A DNA stretch of 64,000 bases from Octopus sinensis. Taxonomy: Eukaryota. The stretch spans positions 22,382,001 to 22,446,000 of the forward strand of contig NC_043009.1 in assembly GCF_006345805.1 (NCBI RefSeq). The letters run 5' to 3'. The notes beneath the pieces are model-generated. The model worked only from the letters and a program-made list of their open reading frames with translations. It had not been told where the DNA came from and did no database searches. Position 1 is the stretch's first letter, and each line of letters begins with the position of its first letter. The translations under genes and the position numbers were made by a program. Positions 25,774-39,046 of this stretch are shown in pieces.

Positions 25774-27365
25774 CATCATCATCATCATTTAACGTCCATT
25801 GTTCATGCTGGCATGGATTGGAAAGTTTGACTGGGCTGGCATGCTGGAAGGCTGCGCCAGGCTCCAGTCTGATTTGGTATAGTTTTCTATGGCTGGATGC
25901 CCTTCCTAATGCCAACCACTCCAAGAGTGGAATGGGTGCGTTTACATGCCACCGACACGAGTGCCATTTGCATGACACTGTTATCTGCCACAACTGCTTG
26001 GCTTGATGGGTCTTCTTCTCAAGTACGACATAATGCCAAAGGTCTTGGTGATTGCCTCTGTGAGGCCCAACATTAGAAAGGAACTTGGTCACTTTGCCTC
26101 CATGAGCCCCAATACTTGAAAGGAACTCTGCCACCTTGCCACTGTGAAGCCTGCTCAGAAGGAACTCAGCCACCTCACCTCCATGAGGCCTGCTCAAAAG
26201 GAACTCAGCCACTTTGCCTCTGTCAGGCCCAATGCTCAAAAGGAACTCAGCCACTTTGCCTCTGTCAGGCCCAATGTTCGAAAGGAACTCAGCCACTTTG
26301 CCTGTGTCAGGTTCAACACCCGAAAGGAACTCAGCCACTTTGCCTGTGTCAGGTTCAACACCCGAAAGGAACTCAGCCACTTTGCCTGTGTCAGGTTCAA
26401 CACCCGAAAGGAACTCAGCCACTTGCCTGTGTCAGGTTCAACACCCGAAGGAACTCAGCCACTTTGCCTGTGTCAGGTTCAACACCCGAAAGGAACTCAG
26501 ACACTTTGCCTGTGTCAGGTTCAACACACCGAAAGGAACTCAGCCACTTTGCCTGTGTCAGGTTCAACACCCGAAAGGAACTCAGCCACTTTGCCTGTGT
26601 CAGGTTCAACACCCGAAAGGAACTCAGACACTTTGCCTGTGTCAGGTTCAACACCCGAAAGGAACTCAGACACTTTGCCTGTGTCAGGTTCAACACACCG
26701 AAAGGAACTCAGACACTTTGCCTGTGTCAGGTTCAACACCCGAAAGGAACTCAGCCACTTGCCTGTGTCAGGTTCAACACCCGAAAGGAACTCAGCCACT
26801 TTGCCTGTGTCAGGTTCAACACCCGAAAGGAACTCAGACACTTTGCCTGTGTCAGGTTCAACACCGAAAGGAACTCAGCCACTTTGCCTGTGTCAGGTTC
26901 AACACCCGAAAGGAACTCAGCCACTTTGCCTGTGTCAGGTTCAACACCCGAAAGGAACTCAGACACTTTGCCTGTGTCAGGTTCAACACCCGAAAGGAAC
27001 TCAGACACTTTGCCTGTGTCAGGTTCAACACCCGAAAGGAACTCAGACACTTTGCCTGTGTCAGGTTCAACACCCGAAAGGAACTCAGCCACTTTGCCTG
27101 TGTCAGGTTCAACACCCGAAAGGAACTCAGCCACTTTGCCTGTGTCAGGTTCAACACCCGAAAGGAACTCAGCCACTTTGCCTGTGTCAGGTTCAACACC
27201 CGAAAGGAACTCAGCCACTTTGCCTGTGTCAGGTTCAACACCCGAAAGGAACTCAGCCACTTTGCCTGTGTCAGGTTCAACACCCGAAAGGAACTCAGAC
27301 ACTTTGCCTGTGTCAGGTTCAACACCCGAAAGGAACTCAGACACTTTGCCTACGTCAGGCCCATG
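25774..27365 (-). mobile_element. RTE LINE 3' fragment whose 5' part is expanded into a minisatellite
   Basis: (CAT)n tail at 25774, then the 3' UTR, then the ORF end (DLWHYVVLEKKTHQAK) at about 25995-26050, then the 42-bp array. Confidence 0.7.
26050..27365. repeat. 42-bp minisatellite, about 30 units (cccgaaaggaactcag(c/a)cactttgcctgtgtcaggttcaaca)
   Basis: Periodicity is 14 codons in the ORF track. The leftmost 5-6 units are diverged and the rest are near-identical, with two SNP variants and occasional 41- or 44-bp units. There are no unique spacers. Confidence 0.97.
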
Positions 27366-30204
27366 CATACATGACGAGTGCTTGTTTCAGTATCTGTCAA
27401 CCAAAATCTGTTCATGAGGATTTGTTTGGCCTGAGGCTACAGTTGAAGAAACTTGCTCAAGTAGCAGCACAGTGGGACTGAACCCAAGGCCACATAGTTG
27501 GAAGCAGGAATTTTAACAAATGGTGAGACACTGTATTGGAGGAGGCTCCCCAACCCATGCAAGCATGGAAAAGTTACGTAAAACAACAATGATGTGTATA
27601 CAGTTATTCGCATGAAATCTGTGTGCCATTTCTAACAGGTTTAGCAACCACGCAGAAGCTCCGTCATTAGTTTGAAGCAGGTTGTTATTATTATTATTAT
27701 TATATTATTATTATTATCATTATTATTATATTATTATTATTATTATTATTATTATTAGTAGTAGTAGTAACAGTCAAAGCTAAATAAAATAAGAAGGAAG
27801 AAAAGAAGGAAGCAACAGAAGGAAGGTTAGAAAAATATAAGAACAGGATGATGTTGACAATGATGATGACGATGGAGAAAAGGAAATAGCAGTGAAATAA
27901 GTGGATGTCAAAGAAAAAGAAGAAAAAAAGTGTGTGTGAGGGGGGTGTAGAGTGGTGGGAGAAGAAAAGCACAGAAAGAGATGGGGGGGGGAGAAGCAGA
28001 ATAAAAAAAAAGATGGAGTTGACAGCCAGAAAGCAAGAATCTCATGATATCAACAGTTTCTCAATAACAGATTTATTAGTTCATAACAGCTGACTCTAAT
28101 AAGTACAAATATCATCATTACCACCACCATCACCGTCATTGTCACCACCATCACCGTCATCGTCACCACCACCACCATCATCATCGTCACCACCACCACC
28201 GTCATCAATGTTGCCACCACCATCACTACTGCTGCCATTATCACCACCACCATTATCACTTGCAGTGCCTCTGTTACCATTGCTACCAGCAGTGCCACTG
28301 TTACCATCGTCGTCATCATTATCATCAAATACAACAGCAAGAGGCTGATAAACTGGGTCAAGGAAGCAGTAATAATATGAATTATAGTAATTATTCTTTA
28401 CAACATAGTGCTGTTACAGCGGTATTTTTGCTTCCCCTTACTGGCCCTGATGGATTTAGTGGCGCTATTGCAAAAAGAAAAATCTCAGAAAAGAAAGTAG
28501 CTTAGGAGTGGCTGTGTGATAAGAAGTCTGCTTCGCAACAATGCGATTTTAGGTTCAGTCTCACTGTATGGCACTTAGGAAGAATGTCTTTTCCAATAGC
28601 CCTGAGTCCACCAAAGCCTTTTTGAGAAGGATTTGGTAGACAGAAACTGAAAGAAGCCCACTGTATGTATATATGCGTAACAAAACAGGTAGTAGGAAAA
28701 ATTCTTTTGTATTATTTATTCCTCATTACATGTGTTTCATTTGCTAATAGGAATCACAAAATTGTACATGAAGGAGACATGTAAGAAATTTCCAATAAGA
28801 AAGGACACAGAGGATACAACTTAGATTTTAACCCTACCCACATAATATACATTGTTTTGTTTATTTGCTTTTTCTCGAGCCATATCTGGCTCATAAGGGC
28901 CAGTTTCCTGGTTTCTTTGGTGAATAGGTTCCCCACCTGGACATGATGCCAGACCATTGCAGGTGAGCTGCAAAATGCAGGAGGAAAGAGTGAGAGAAAG
29001 TTGTGGCAAAATAGTCAGCAGAAGTTTGCCATTACCTTCTGCCGGAGCCGCATGGAGCTTAGGTTTTTTGCTTGCCTGGTCTGAGATTTGAACCTGTGAT
29101 CCCTCGACCGTGAATCTTCTGCTCTAACCACTAGGCCATGTACCTCCACTACATAATATAGATATTATATGTATATGGATTATGTGTACATATAATATAT
29201 ATTGTTGTTATTATGCAAAAGTGTAGTAAGTCCAAAACATTGCTTTTTCAGAAAACGCAAAAATAGTTACACCATTCCATAGCAAAACTGTTGAACTAAA
29301 CTTTGACAATTTTTGATATCTTGGCATCCAAAACAACTGGAAATATTATAGTCTGACCAAAAGAATCAGCTATTGCAAGCAAAAATAAATATTGAAAAAA
29401 AAAAACAAAACAAAACACAAAACAAAAAAAAACGCATTTGGCCAAAATTGGACATACGACAGTTTAACATAATAGCAACAATATATATATGTGTGTCTGT
29501 TCGTGTTTGAATCTTGCCTTTGTTTCTCAATAAGTGTTTGTTTATGATCCTGTAACTTAGTAGTTTGGTTAAAGAAACAGATAGAATAATTACCAGGTTT
29601 AAAAAATAACTTCTGGGGGTGATTTTTTTTATTAAACTCTTCAAGGCAGTGGCCCAGCATGGCTGCACTTAAATTCAAAGCATTACTCCAGCATGGCCAC
29701 ACTTAAACTCCAGCATGGCTTCAAGGCAGTGTCCCAGCAGGACTGTACTTAAACAAGTGCAAAATAAGAGATAGATAAATTTATATATAAATCTAGGACC
29801 AATGCTCAATGAGTAGATAGAAACTGAAAGAAGCCTGTCATGTGTGTGTGTGCGCATGTATGCATGCATGCGTGCCTCTGTGTGTGTGTGTGATGGGCTT
29901 CTTTCAGTTTCTGTCTACCAAATTCACTCATGAAAATTTGCAGCATTAAAAAAAACAAGAATTGTTCAATGCATATTGATTATCTGTGACTTAGGCAACA
30001 AGATGTTACAGTATATCAGAGAAATAAATACAAAAGTCAACAGCAAACCTCTGTACCATCACCACACAAACAAAACAAAAAATAAAATAAAACAACAAAA
30101 TAAACATTTGGATTATAATTTTTCAGTCTGTTAAACCTCATTTTTTGCATAAGGAAATTTGTTTTACTTTCAATATTTACTTTTATGTTATTTTTTTTTC
30201 TGTA

Positions 30205-30506
30205 GAGGCGCAATGGCCCAGTGGTTAGGACATCAGACTCGCGGTCGGAGGATAGAGGTTTCGATTCCCAGACCAGGCACTGTGTGTGTTTATTAAGCGA
30301 AAACACCTAAAGCGCTATGAGGTTCCGGCAGGGGTTGGTAGCGATCCCTGTTGTATTCTTTCAGCCCCAATTTCTCTCACTCTTTCTTCCTGTTTCTTGA
30401 GTAACACTGCGATGGACTGGTGTCCCGTCCAGTTGAGGGAGAACACATACGCCATTGAAACCGGGAAACCGGGCCCATGAGCCTGGCTAGGCTTGAAAAG
30501 CGCGCA
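30205..30506 (+). mobile_element. tRNA-derived SINE family C; other copies at 28870-29140(-), 39852-40143(+) and 49648-49756(+, head only)
   Basis: Head gaggcgcaatggcccagtggttagg...ggtttcgattccc followed by gtgtttattaagcgaaaacacctaaagc, repeated in four places. Confidence 0.8.
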
Positions 30507-31612
30507 TAAGTAAAAATTTTTTTTTTTTTACCAGTTTGATATTGGAGGACATTCAGGTAGCTTATGCCACCACTGCCACAACCACCATCATTATCTAGTG
30601 CTCACTTTTCCTTGCATGCATGGGTCGGACAAAATTTGTTGAGACTGGTATGGGATTGGAAATTGGTCAGAGGAGCAGGGACAGACAAGAGAGAGAGAAA
30701 AGAGGTCGTTGCCAGTACCGCCCGACTGGCCCCGTGCCGGTGGCATGTAAGAAGCACCCACTACACTCTCGGAGTGATTGGCGTTAGGAAGGGTATCCAG
30801 CTGTAGAAGCTCTTCCAGATCAAGATTGGAGCCTGGTGCAGCCATCTGGTTCGCCAGCCCTCAGTCAGAATTGTCCAATCCATACTAGCATGGAAAGCGG
30901 ACGTTAAACGATGATGATGATGATGATGATGAATTCTTGACTGGCACTTCATTTCATCAACCTCAGAAGAAGAAAAGGCAAAGTTGGCCCTAGCATGATT
31001 TGAACTCAGAATGTGAAAAAAAAAGGGACTTCAATGCACTAAGTCACCTTTATAACAACAACAACTACAGCAGCAGCAGCAATAACAGCAGAAGATATGA
31101 ATGAATTGAAAATGTCATGTTTAAGAATTGCTCACAAATAGAGGACAGCAGGCTGTATGTAATACAGCTGAAGGCTATAGATTCTTCACCCTGCATGTGT
31201 TAGATGAATGAATAGGCTTGACCTGAAATGCATTGAGATTCGATCATTGATATTTTTGTCAATGATATACATACATATAAGTGTGTGTGTGCGTGTATAT
31301 ATATATATATACATATATACATATATGTAAGTATATATATGTATGTACGTATGTATATATATATGTGTATATGTATATATACACACACACACATCTTTAA
31401 GCATACATACACATATGTATATATGTATACATACCTTTATAAGTATGTGAGTCTGTGTGTGCGCATGAGAAATAGATTTATTTTCCTTTTTTTATATATT
31501 CGAAGAGAGAATCAACAGTTTACTTTAGACGTGTATGAAAAAAAAGACTGAAGAGAAACTTCTTTATATATGGAATGGAGGTCATATAAATAGAAATGTA
31601 TGAGTGTGGAGG

Positions 31613-31709
<97 letters not shown>

Positions 31710-34450
31710 CATGCTCAATTACAGATGAAACATTAGAATTTGATATGTGTGGTGTGTAAACACTTAAGCATACATAGATACATACACACATATGCATATA
31801 CATACATAATTCATACATATTTATACACATACATATGAATGTACATACATACATATGCATATAAATAATTACATATGTACATACATACATGCATATACAT
31901 ACATAAGTACATATAATTACAGATAAAATGCCAGGATATGAAGTGTGTGCGTGTGTATATATATGTGTGTGTGCATGACTGCTTGTATGTGTGTGTATGT
32001 GTAAGCGAACATGTGCACACATGCATATTCATAGATAGACACCCTTTAGACATCAGAAATCGATGTATATGTGTATGCATATGTATGTTCAAACACATAT
32101 GCATACAGATGTACACAGATACATACACATAGTTACAGAGTCAATACCAGTAATTGGTGCATGTGTGTGTGTTTGTAAACATTTATGCATAGATATGCAC
32201 ATTCTTAAATGAGCACACACACACACACACACTAAAACTGAATCCCAGGAATTGAAGCTTGTATGTGTGTGTGTGCTAATATTTATGCATGCTTACATAC
32301 CCAGCTACATGCATTTATCTACATGCACATCTGCCTATGTAAATGCACCCTCATTTACCTGTATACATATACCCACAAATGCACCCAAACATACACACAT
32401 ATGTGCAATCACATGCACACAAAACGTACATTCACATGTACAAACACCTGCATATTCACATATTAAAAATACTGGAGTTTCATCTATAGCTGTGCGCATA
32501 TGTGATGTGTGCACACATGTTTATCGCTATAAAATGTATGTGTGGACACACACACACACACACCAATACACGCCTTTCCAAACTTAAACGAAATAGAGCA
32601 TATTTTTTATTGAGTTTTTTTCAGTTCCTCTTGCAAATTGTATCAAATGATTTAACTGTAAAAGTGGAATAAAAGAAAATAAAAAAAAAAACTGCCACCA
32701 TCATTATTCCCTCCACCTCTATATAACCACCTCTATTCCCATCTACCTGCATATAACTAACTATGTCACCCTCATCATCTGCATCTCCATTACACCGGTC
32801 TCTTTATCATCTAACAATCCTATCATCATCATTTAATGGTCACTTTTCCATGCTTGCATATGTCAGACAATTCGCCGTGGTAGATTTTCTACAGCTGGAT
32901 GCTCTTCCTGTTTCCAACCCATACCTGTTTCCAAGCAAAGATATTTTGCAATGGCCAGACATGTTTATCGTGGAACACTGGAAAGAAAGAGCGCTGCTTG
33001 TATAACAATGATGCTCGTTTACAACCAGTTTACATGATGTCAAGACAAGGGCACTCACACACTCATACACACACGGCGGCACAAACACACATACACACAC
33101 AAGTACACACATATGCACACACACAATGAGTTTCTTTTCAGTGCCCGTTTACCAAATTTATTCGAAAGCTTTGGTTGGCCAAGGGCAATAAAAGAAGATA
33201 TTTGCCCAAGGTGCTCTGCAGTGGGATTGAAACTGAAAACACAGTTGCAAAGCAAGCTTCTTAACCATATATCCACAACCAAAATCATCACCCTCATACT
33301 ACTACCTCACTGCAACCATTAATATTGAGCTAATGGATGGGTCTTTATGTGGTTAATTGCTCAACCTGCTAGAAATATCAACCAAATATCTCCTCAAATC
33401 ACATCCTACACTGGCTAATGTAGGTTCCCAGAGTTTCTTGTTGATAGCAAAATAATGAAGATGAAGGAATTATTTTGGCCAGGGGCCTGCTCGATCAGGA
33501 CAGACATGATACTCTTTTACTTGTTTCAGTCATTTGACTGTGGCCATGCTGGAGCACTGCTTTTAGTCGAGCAAATCGACCCAGGACTTATTCTTTGCAA
33601 GCCTAGTACTTATTCTATTGGTCTCTTTTGCCGAACAGCTAAGTTACAGGGACGCAAACACACCAGCATCAGTTGTCAAGCGATGTTGGGGGGGACAAAC
33701 ACAGACACACAAACATATATACACACACATATACATACATACATATATATATATACATATAATTGTTAAAAAATGATTGCAATCATCATCACCGCCACTC
33801 CTTGTATAACAACCACCACTGCCATCACCACCACAATTTTTTTGGTTATCATCATCATCATCATCATCATCATCTAGAACAACAGCAGCAGCAACAACAC
33901 TACCACCTGACAATGTGATGTCATCTTTTGTCTTTGTCTTTTGGAAGATATAAAATAACAGCAAGAAAACTTTTTTACATAAATAGATAATAAATAAAAA
34001 ACAAAAATGAACAAAAAAAACAATATATATATATATATATATATATGTAATTCTTCTAATGAGCTGAATAATTTTGGATGGCCGCATATATGTGTGTGCA
34101 CACATAAACACATATATATGCATATGTATGTGCATATGTGTGTGTGTCTGTCTGTGTGTATTAAATACAGATGCAGACATACTGAAGCAGGAAAGATGAA
34201 AAAAAACAACAAAATATTATTTAAGCTTTGAAATATGAAGCCAAAAAGAAGTATTATTTAAATACATCCCCATACACCTTTCTTTGCCTGTCTGTCTGTC
34301 TGACTGTCTCCCCGCCTCTGCTTTCTTCCTTTGTTTCTCTCCCCCACCCTTCTCTCTCACTGATTTCCTTCCTTATCATCAAAGAAATAATTTCAACCAC
34401 TTGGCAAAAAAAAAAAATTTAGAAGAGGAAGACAGTGTACAAACACCACC

Positions 34451-34482
<32 letters not shown>

Positions 34483-36476
34483 CTACTGCAATAATGTTAC
34501 CATACTTAAGTGTCTTTAAGGTCAAAACACAACCTGAAGTGGTGGCCAAGACTTTACTTAGGGCCACTTAGCAAATTGTGAGCCAAAACTAATAATGATA
34601 CTTATTGGTGACCAGGCAGAGCAAGCTAATTGAAGGGGGAAGAAAAAAAAGAGAAGGATGACAGAGAAGAGAAAGAAGAGGAGAACTGGTTATCTTTCTT
34701 TTCTTCCTTTTTTGTTTGAATATTTTTTTTGACCTGTAAAACAAAATGCTTTGTTCAGAACTGTGAAAGAAACTAGGTGAGAACTGAGATTCTATTCTTA
34801 GAATAGACAAGTTCAATTCAGAGAGGAGCAATGCCCAAGAATTTCAAAACCTGGCACGTGTTGTTCTAATTGAAATATACTCCAAAGTCTCTCCCTCTCT
34901 CTCTCTCTCTCGAGTTGAGTCATTCAGTCAAATTGAGTGGAGTGGAATGTAGTGAAGTAGAGAGCCATGTGTGGTAGCTCTTTGGTCAGCTCTACTTGAG
35001 AATGATCATGGCCTGGAAATGATCGGTCAGACAACTGGAAGTGATTCACCAACCCAGAGCACCTGTATATATCCCAGATTTCCAGGAAAACACTTGGCCA
35101 TGGCTGAGGAGGCAAAGGGGTTTGCTTTGCAGCCATGTGGATTTGGGTTCAGTCCCGCTGTGTAACATCTTGCGCCATTTAACTGTCTTGTATTATAATC
35201 TCAGACTGACAAGTGGTTTTGTGAATGAAAGTGGTGGACAATGGAAATTATCATCATCATCATCGTTTAACGTCCGCTTTCCATGCTAGCATGGGTTGGA
35301 CGGTTTGACTGAGGACTGGTGAACCAGATGGCAGCATCAGACTCTAATCTGATCTGGCAGAGTTTCTACAACTGGATGCCCTTCCTAACACCAACAACTC
35401 TGAGAGTGTAGTGGGTGCTTTTACGTGCCACCAGCACGAGGGCCAGTCAGGCGGTACTGGCAATGGCCATGCTCAAATGGTGCTTTTTGTGTGTCACCTG
35501 CACAGGAGCCAGTCCAGCAGCACTGGCAACGACCTCGCTTGAATGTTTTTTCATGTGCCATCAGCACAAGTGCCAGTAAAGGTGACGCAGGTAACGATAA
35601 CACTCGAATGGTGTATTTTACGTGCTGCCGGCACAGAGGCCAGCTTGTTGCTCTGGCAACGATCCCACTCGTATGGTACTCTTAGTGCTCCACTAGCACG
35701 GATGCCAATCATCAAATTTGATTTCGAAATCCATTGTGTGTGTGTGTACTACATCATTATCATTTCTTAACAACCCTTTAGCATTCAGATTGTTCTGTTA
35801 AATGTAATGCTTACTTATTCACATTGTTTTGAAATAAACAAGCATTATCTGATAGCTTTCAGATTTCAACGACAGAACTGTTTATTTTTAGAAAAAACAT
35901 TACAGGGTAAGTGAGAGAGGCCTGATCTGGCCTATTTGAATACTAAAGGGTTAATGTTTGTTTTCCATGCTGGCATGCACTGGACAGTTTGACAAGAATC
36001 AGTGAAATCATGTGTCAGCTTTGGCATTGGAGCCTGGCAGTCATGCAGCTTGCTGGGTTTTGTTGAACAGTCCAACCTAGGTGCTGGTGCCACATAAAAA
36101 GCACCCAGTCGAGTCTGTAAAGAGGCTGGCATTAGGAAGAGCATCTAGCTGTAAAAACCATGCCAAAACAGACTTGCTAGTGCTGGTGCCACGTTAAAAA
36201 CACCCAATCCACTCTGTAAAGTAGTTGGTATTGGGAAGGATAACCAGCCATAAAAACCATTCCAAAACAGACAGTGAAGCTTGGTGCAGTCCCCTGGCTT
36301 GTCAGCTCCTGTCAAGCCATCCAACCCATGCCAACATGGAAGATGGATGATAAATGATGATGTATGCATAGTAAGAAAATATGAAAAATCTAAAATAAAA
36401 AAGATAAAACATGAACAGAGCTGAGTATTTTAATGAAACATACACAAAAAGAGGCATTCCGTATATATATATATAT

Positions 36477-36520
<44 letters not shown>

Positions 36521-36521
36521 A

Positions 36522-37026
36522 CTAGCAGTATCGCCCGGCGTTGCTCGGGTTTGTAAGGGAAATAACTATATAAGCATTTTAGAGAGTTACTTCCCTTATA
36601 AATTCGGGCTTTCTTAGCCATTTTTGTTTTGGTGTCTTCAAGCCATGAAGTCGTTGTTCTAAAAGAACGCTGGTTTCCTTCACAACGCATTACGACGTTG
36701 ATTTCTTTACACTCCCTTCCCCACAGCTTCACGAGGGAGGGAAGGGGGAGAAGCAAACAGGTGCAGCTGTGAGCGTGGACGCCAACTCCGCCGCCATCGA
36801 CATACGATGCATTTTATGCATTAAAATGGAATAAAAGATGATGTTAAATTATTTTTAAAATCGTAGACTCATCGTTGACGCGCGCTAATAGTCAGACGGG
36901 CTCGATATGAATCACGACTATAAGATACCCGAATTTGGTTAAACTGCACCGCAAAATGTGGGAGGAGTTAGGAATCTAAATCGAAGGGGACAGACACTCA
37001 CACAACTAGAGTTTTATATATATAGA
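36522..37026 (-). mobile_element. Short non-autonomous Helitron (505 bp) of the same family, with no helicase fragment
   Basis: 5' TCTATATATATAAAAC; about 190 bp of 5' subterminal sequence shared with 20630-20832; 3' cccgagcaacgccgggcgatactgCTAG|T; inserted in a TA tract. Confidence 0.88.
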
Positions 37027-37044
37027 TATATATATACAGACATA

Positions 37045-37204
37045 CAGTTGCGGCCAAAATGTTCAGAACGGCATTGTTTTCGCCAGAAAAGTAGGTATAA
37101 GTTTTTATCAAAGTTGTTTTATGTTCTATAACTTTCACAGATAAAAACTTATAACTACTTTTCTGGTGAAAACAATGCCGTTCTGAACATTTTGGCCGCA
37201 ACTG
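37045..37204. mobile_element. Tc1/mariner-type MITE, 160 bp, 65-bp TIRs
   Basis: TA|CAGT...ACTG|TA termini; the arms differ at 2 positions; 30-bp spacer. Confidence 0.88.
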
Positions 37205-37251
37205 TATATATACACACATATATATACATACATATATATATATACATATAC

Positions 37252-37282
<31 letters not shown>

Positions 37283-37476
37283 CGTATATGTATATACATA
37301 CATGTATATATATATATATACATACATGTATATATATATATACATATAATATTAATTAGAGACAAAACCACTATTTTGCAAAACAAACAAGGAAAGACTT
37401 AATCAATACATAAATTGGATTTAATCCTAAATCTGATTTTTTCCCTGTAAATTTGGATTTATTCCCTAATATTTAT

Positions 37477-37522
<46 letters not shown>

Positions 37523-37605
37523 GGTCCCGGGTTGATTCGGGGTTAACCACAGTAAATAAGGTACTCAATACATAGCAGAGTAAAATTAATTTATTATATA
37601 GAAGG

Positions 37606-37656
37606 AGCTTCTACAGGACTAGAACTGTTTCATTCAAGAGAAATCTTCAGGAAGCT
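37606..37656 (-). ncRNA. Type I hammerhead ribozyme motif (inverted copy; sense to GEMIN5 pre-mRNA)
   Basis: Reverse complement of 37961-38011 in the left arm. Confidence 0.62.
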
Positions 37657-37960
37657 AGTTAACAAGAATTGTATTGGCATTTATACATTTAGGCAGGTTT
37701 AAAGGGGTGGTGGTGGGGGACTTTTTGGGGGTAGGCATAGCGCAAAAAAATCATACTTGGGGGAGTGGTCATATATATATTTTTTTATTTTCCCCCTTTT
37801 TTTATTCTTTTATTTATTCTTCTATCTAATTTACCACTGACTCCTTGACCACTCCCCCAAGTATGATTTTTTTGCGCTATGCCTACCGCCAAAAAGTCCC
37901 CCACCACCACCCCTTTAAACCTGCCTAAATGTATAAATGCCAATACAATTCTTGTTAACT

Positions 37961-38011
37961 AGCTTCCTGAAGATTTCTCTTGAATGAAACAGTTCTAGTC
38001 CTGTAGAAGCT
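37961..38011 (+). ncRNA. Type I hammerhead ribozyme motif (core CUGAAGA), predicted cleavage after GUA at 38005
   Basis: agcttc-CTGAAGA-tTTCtcttGAAt-GAAA-CAG-ttctagtc-CTG-TA-gaagct. Stem I is 6 bp, stem II is 3 bp above a U-U pair, and stem III is A-U plus 3 bp. Confidence 0.62.
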
Positions 38012-38013
38012 CC

Positions 38014-38022
<9 letters not shown>

Positions 38023-38112
<90 letters not shown>

Positions 38113-38132
38113 CGTACATGTATATACATACA

Positions 38133-38164
<32 letters not shown>

Positions 38165-38244
38165 CGTACATGTATATACATACATGTATATATATATATA
38201 CATACATGTATATATATATACATATATTATATATATAATACATA

Positions 38245-38325
<81 letters not shown>

Positions 38326-38450
38326 ATATATACATATATATATATATATACATTACATATATATATAATACATACATATATATATATATATACATACATA
38401 TATATATATAATATATACATATATATATATTATATATACATATATATATA

Positions 38451-38518
<68 letters not shown>

Positions 38519-38525
38519 TATATAT

Positions 38526-38556
<31 letters not shown>

Positions 38557-38755
38557 GTACATATATATATGTATAATATAAAAAAAGGAACCAAGAAGTG
38601 GACCGAAACGACAAATCTGATATATATATATACATATATATATACATACATGTATATATATATACATACATGTATATACATATACATACATGTATATATA
38701 TATATACATACATGTATATATATATGTGTGTATATACATATATATATATATATAT

Positions 38756-38797
<42 letters not shown>

Positions 38798-39015
38798 TAT
38801 ATATATTATATATATATATACACACACACATATATATATATATATACATAATATATAATATATATACATACATATATATATACATACATATACATATATA
38901 TATTACACCACACATATATATACATATATATATATATATACATACATATATATATATACATACATACATATATATATATACACACATATATATATATACA
39001 TACATATATATACAC

Positions 39016-39046
<31 letters not shown>

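Larger units (their letters stand above)
37520..38022. mobile_element. Fold-back non-autonomous element (inverted pLTR-like arms): 177-bp arms 37595-37771 and 37846-38022, 74-bp spacer, 75-bp unique tail 37520-37594
   Basis: The arms are reverse complements with about one mismatch, and (TA)n lies on both sides. Each arm carries a hammerhead motif. The tail is shared with the 51127 element. Confidence 0.85.

Noticed and set aside
26050-27365. CRISPR array or real 386-445-aa repeat proteins
   Set aside because: There are no unique spacers and the context is eukaryotic. The ORFs stay open only because the 42-bp unit lacks stops, and frames interchange at 1-bp indels.
30205-30280. tRNA genes at tRNA-like heads (also 44331, 49648, 6770-6838 and 41954)
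   Set aside because: Each runs directly into a SINE body, lacks a clean cloverleaf and varies between copies.
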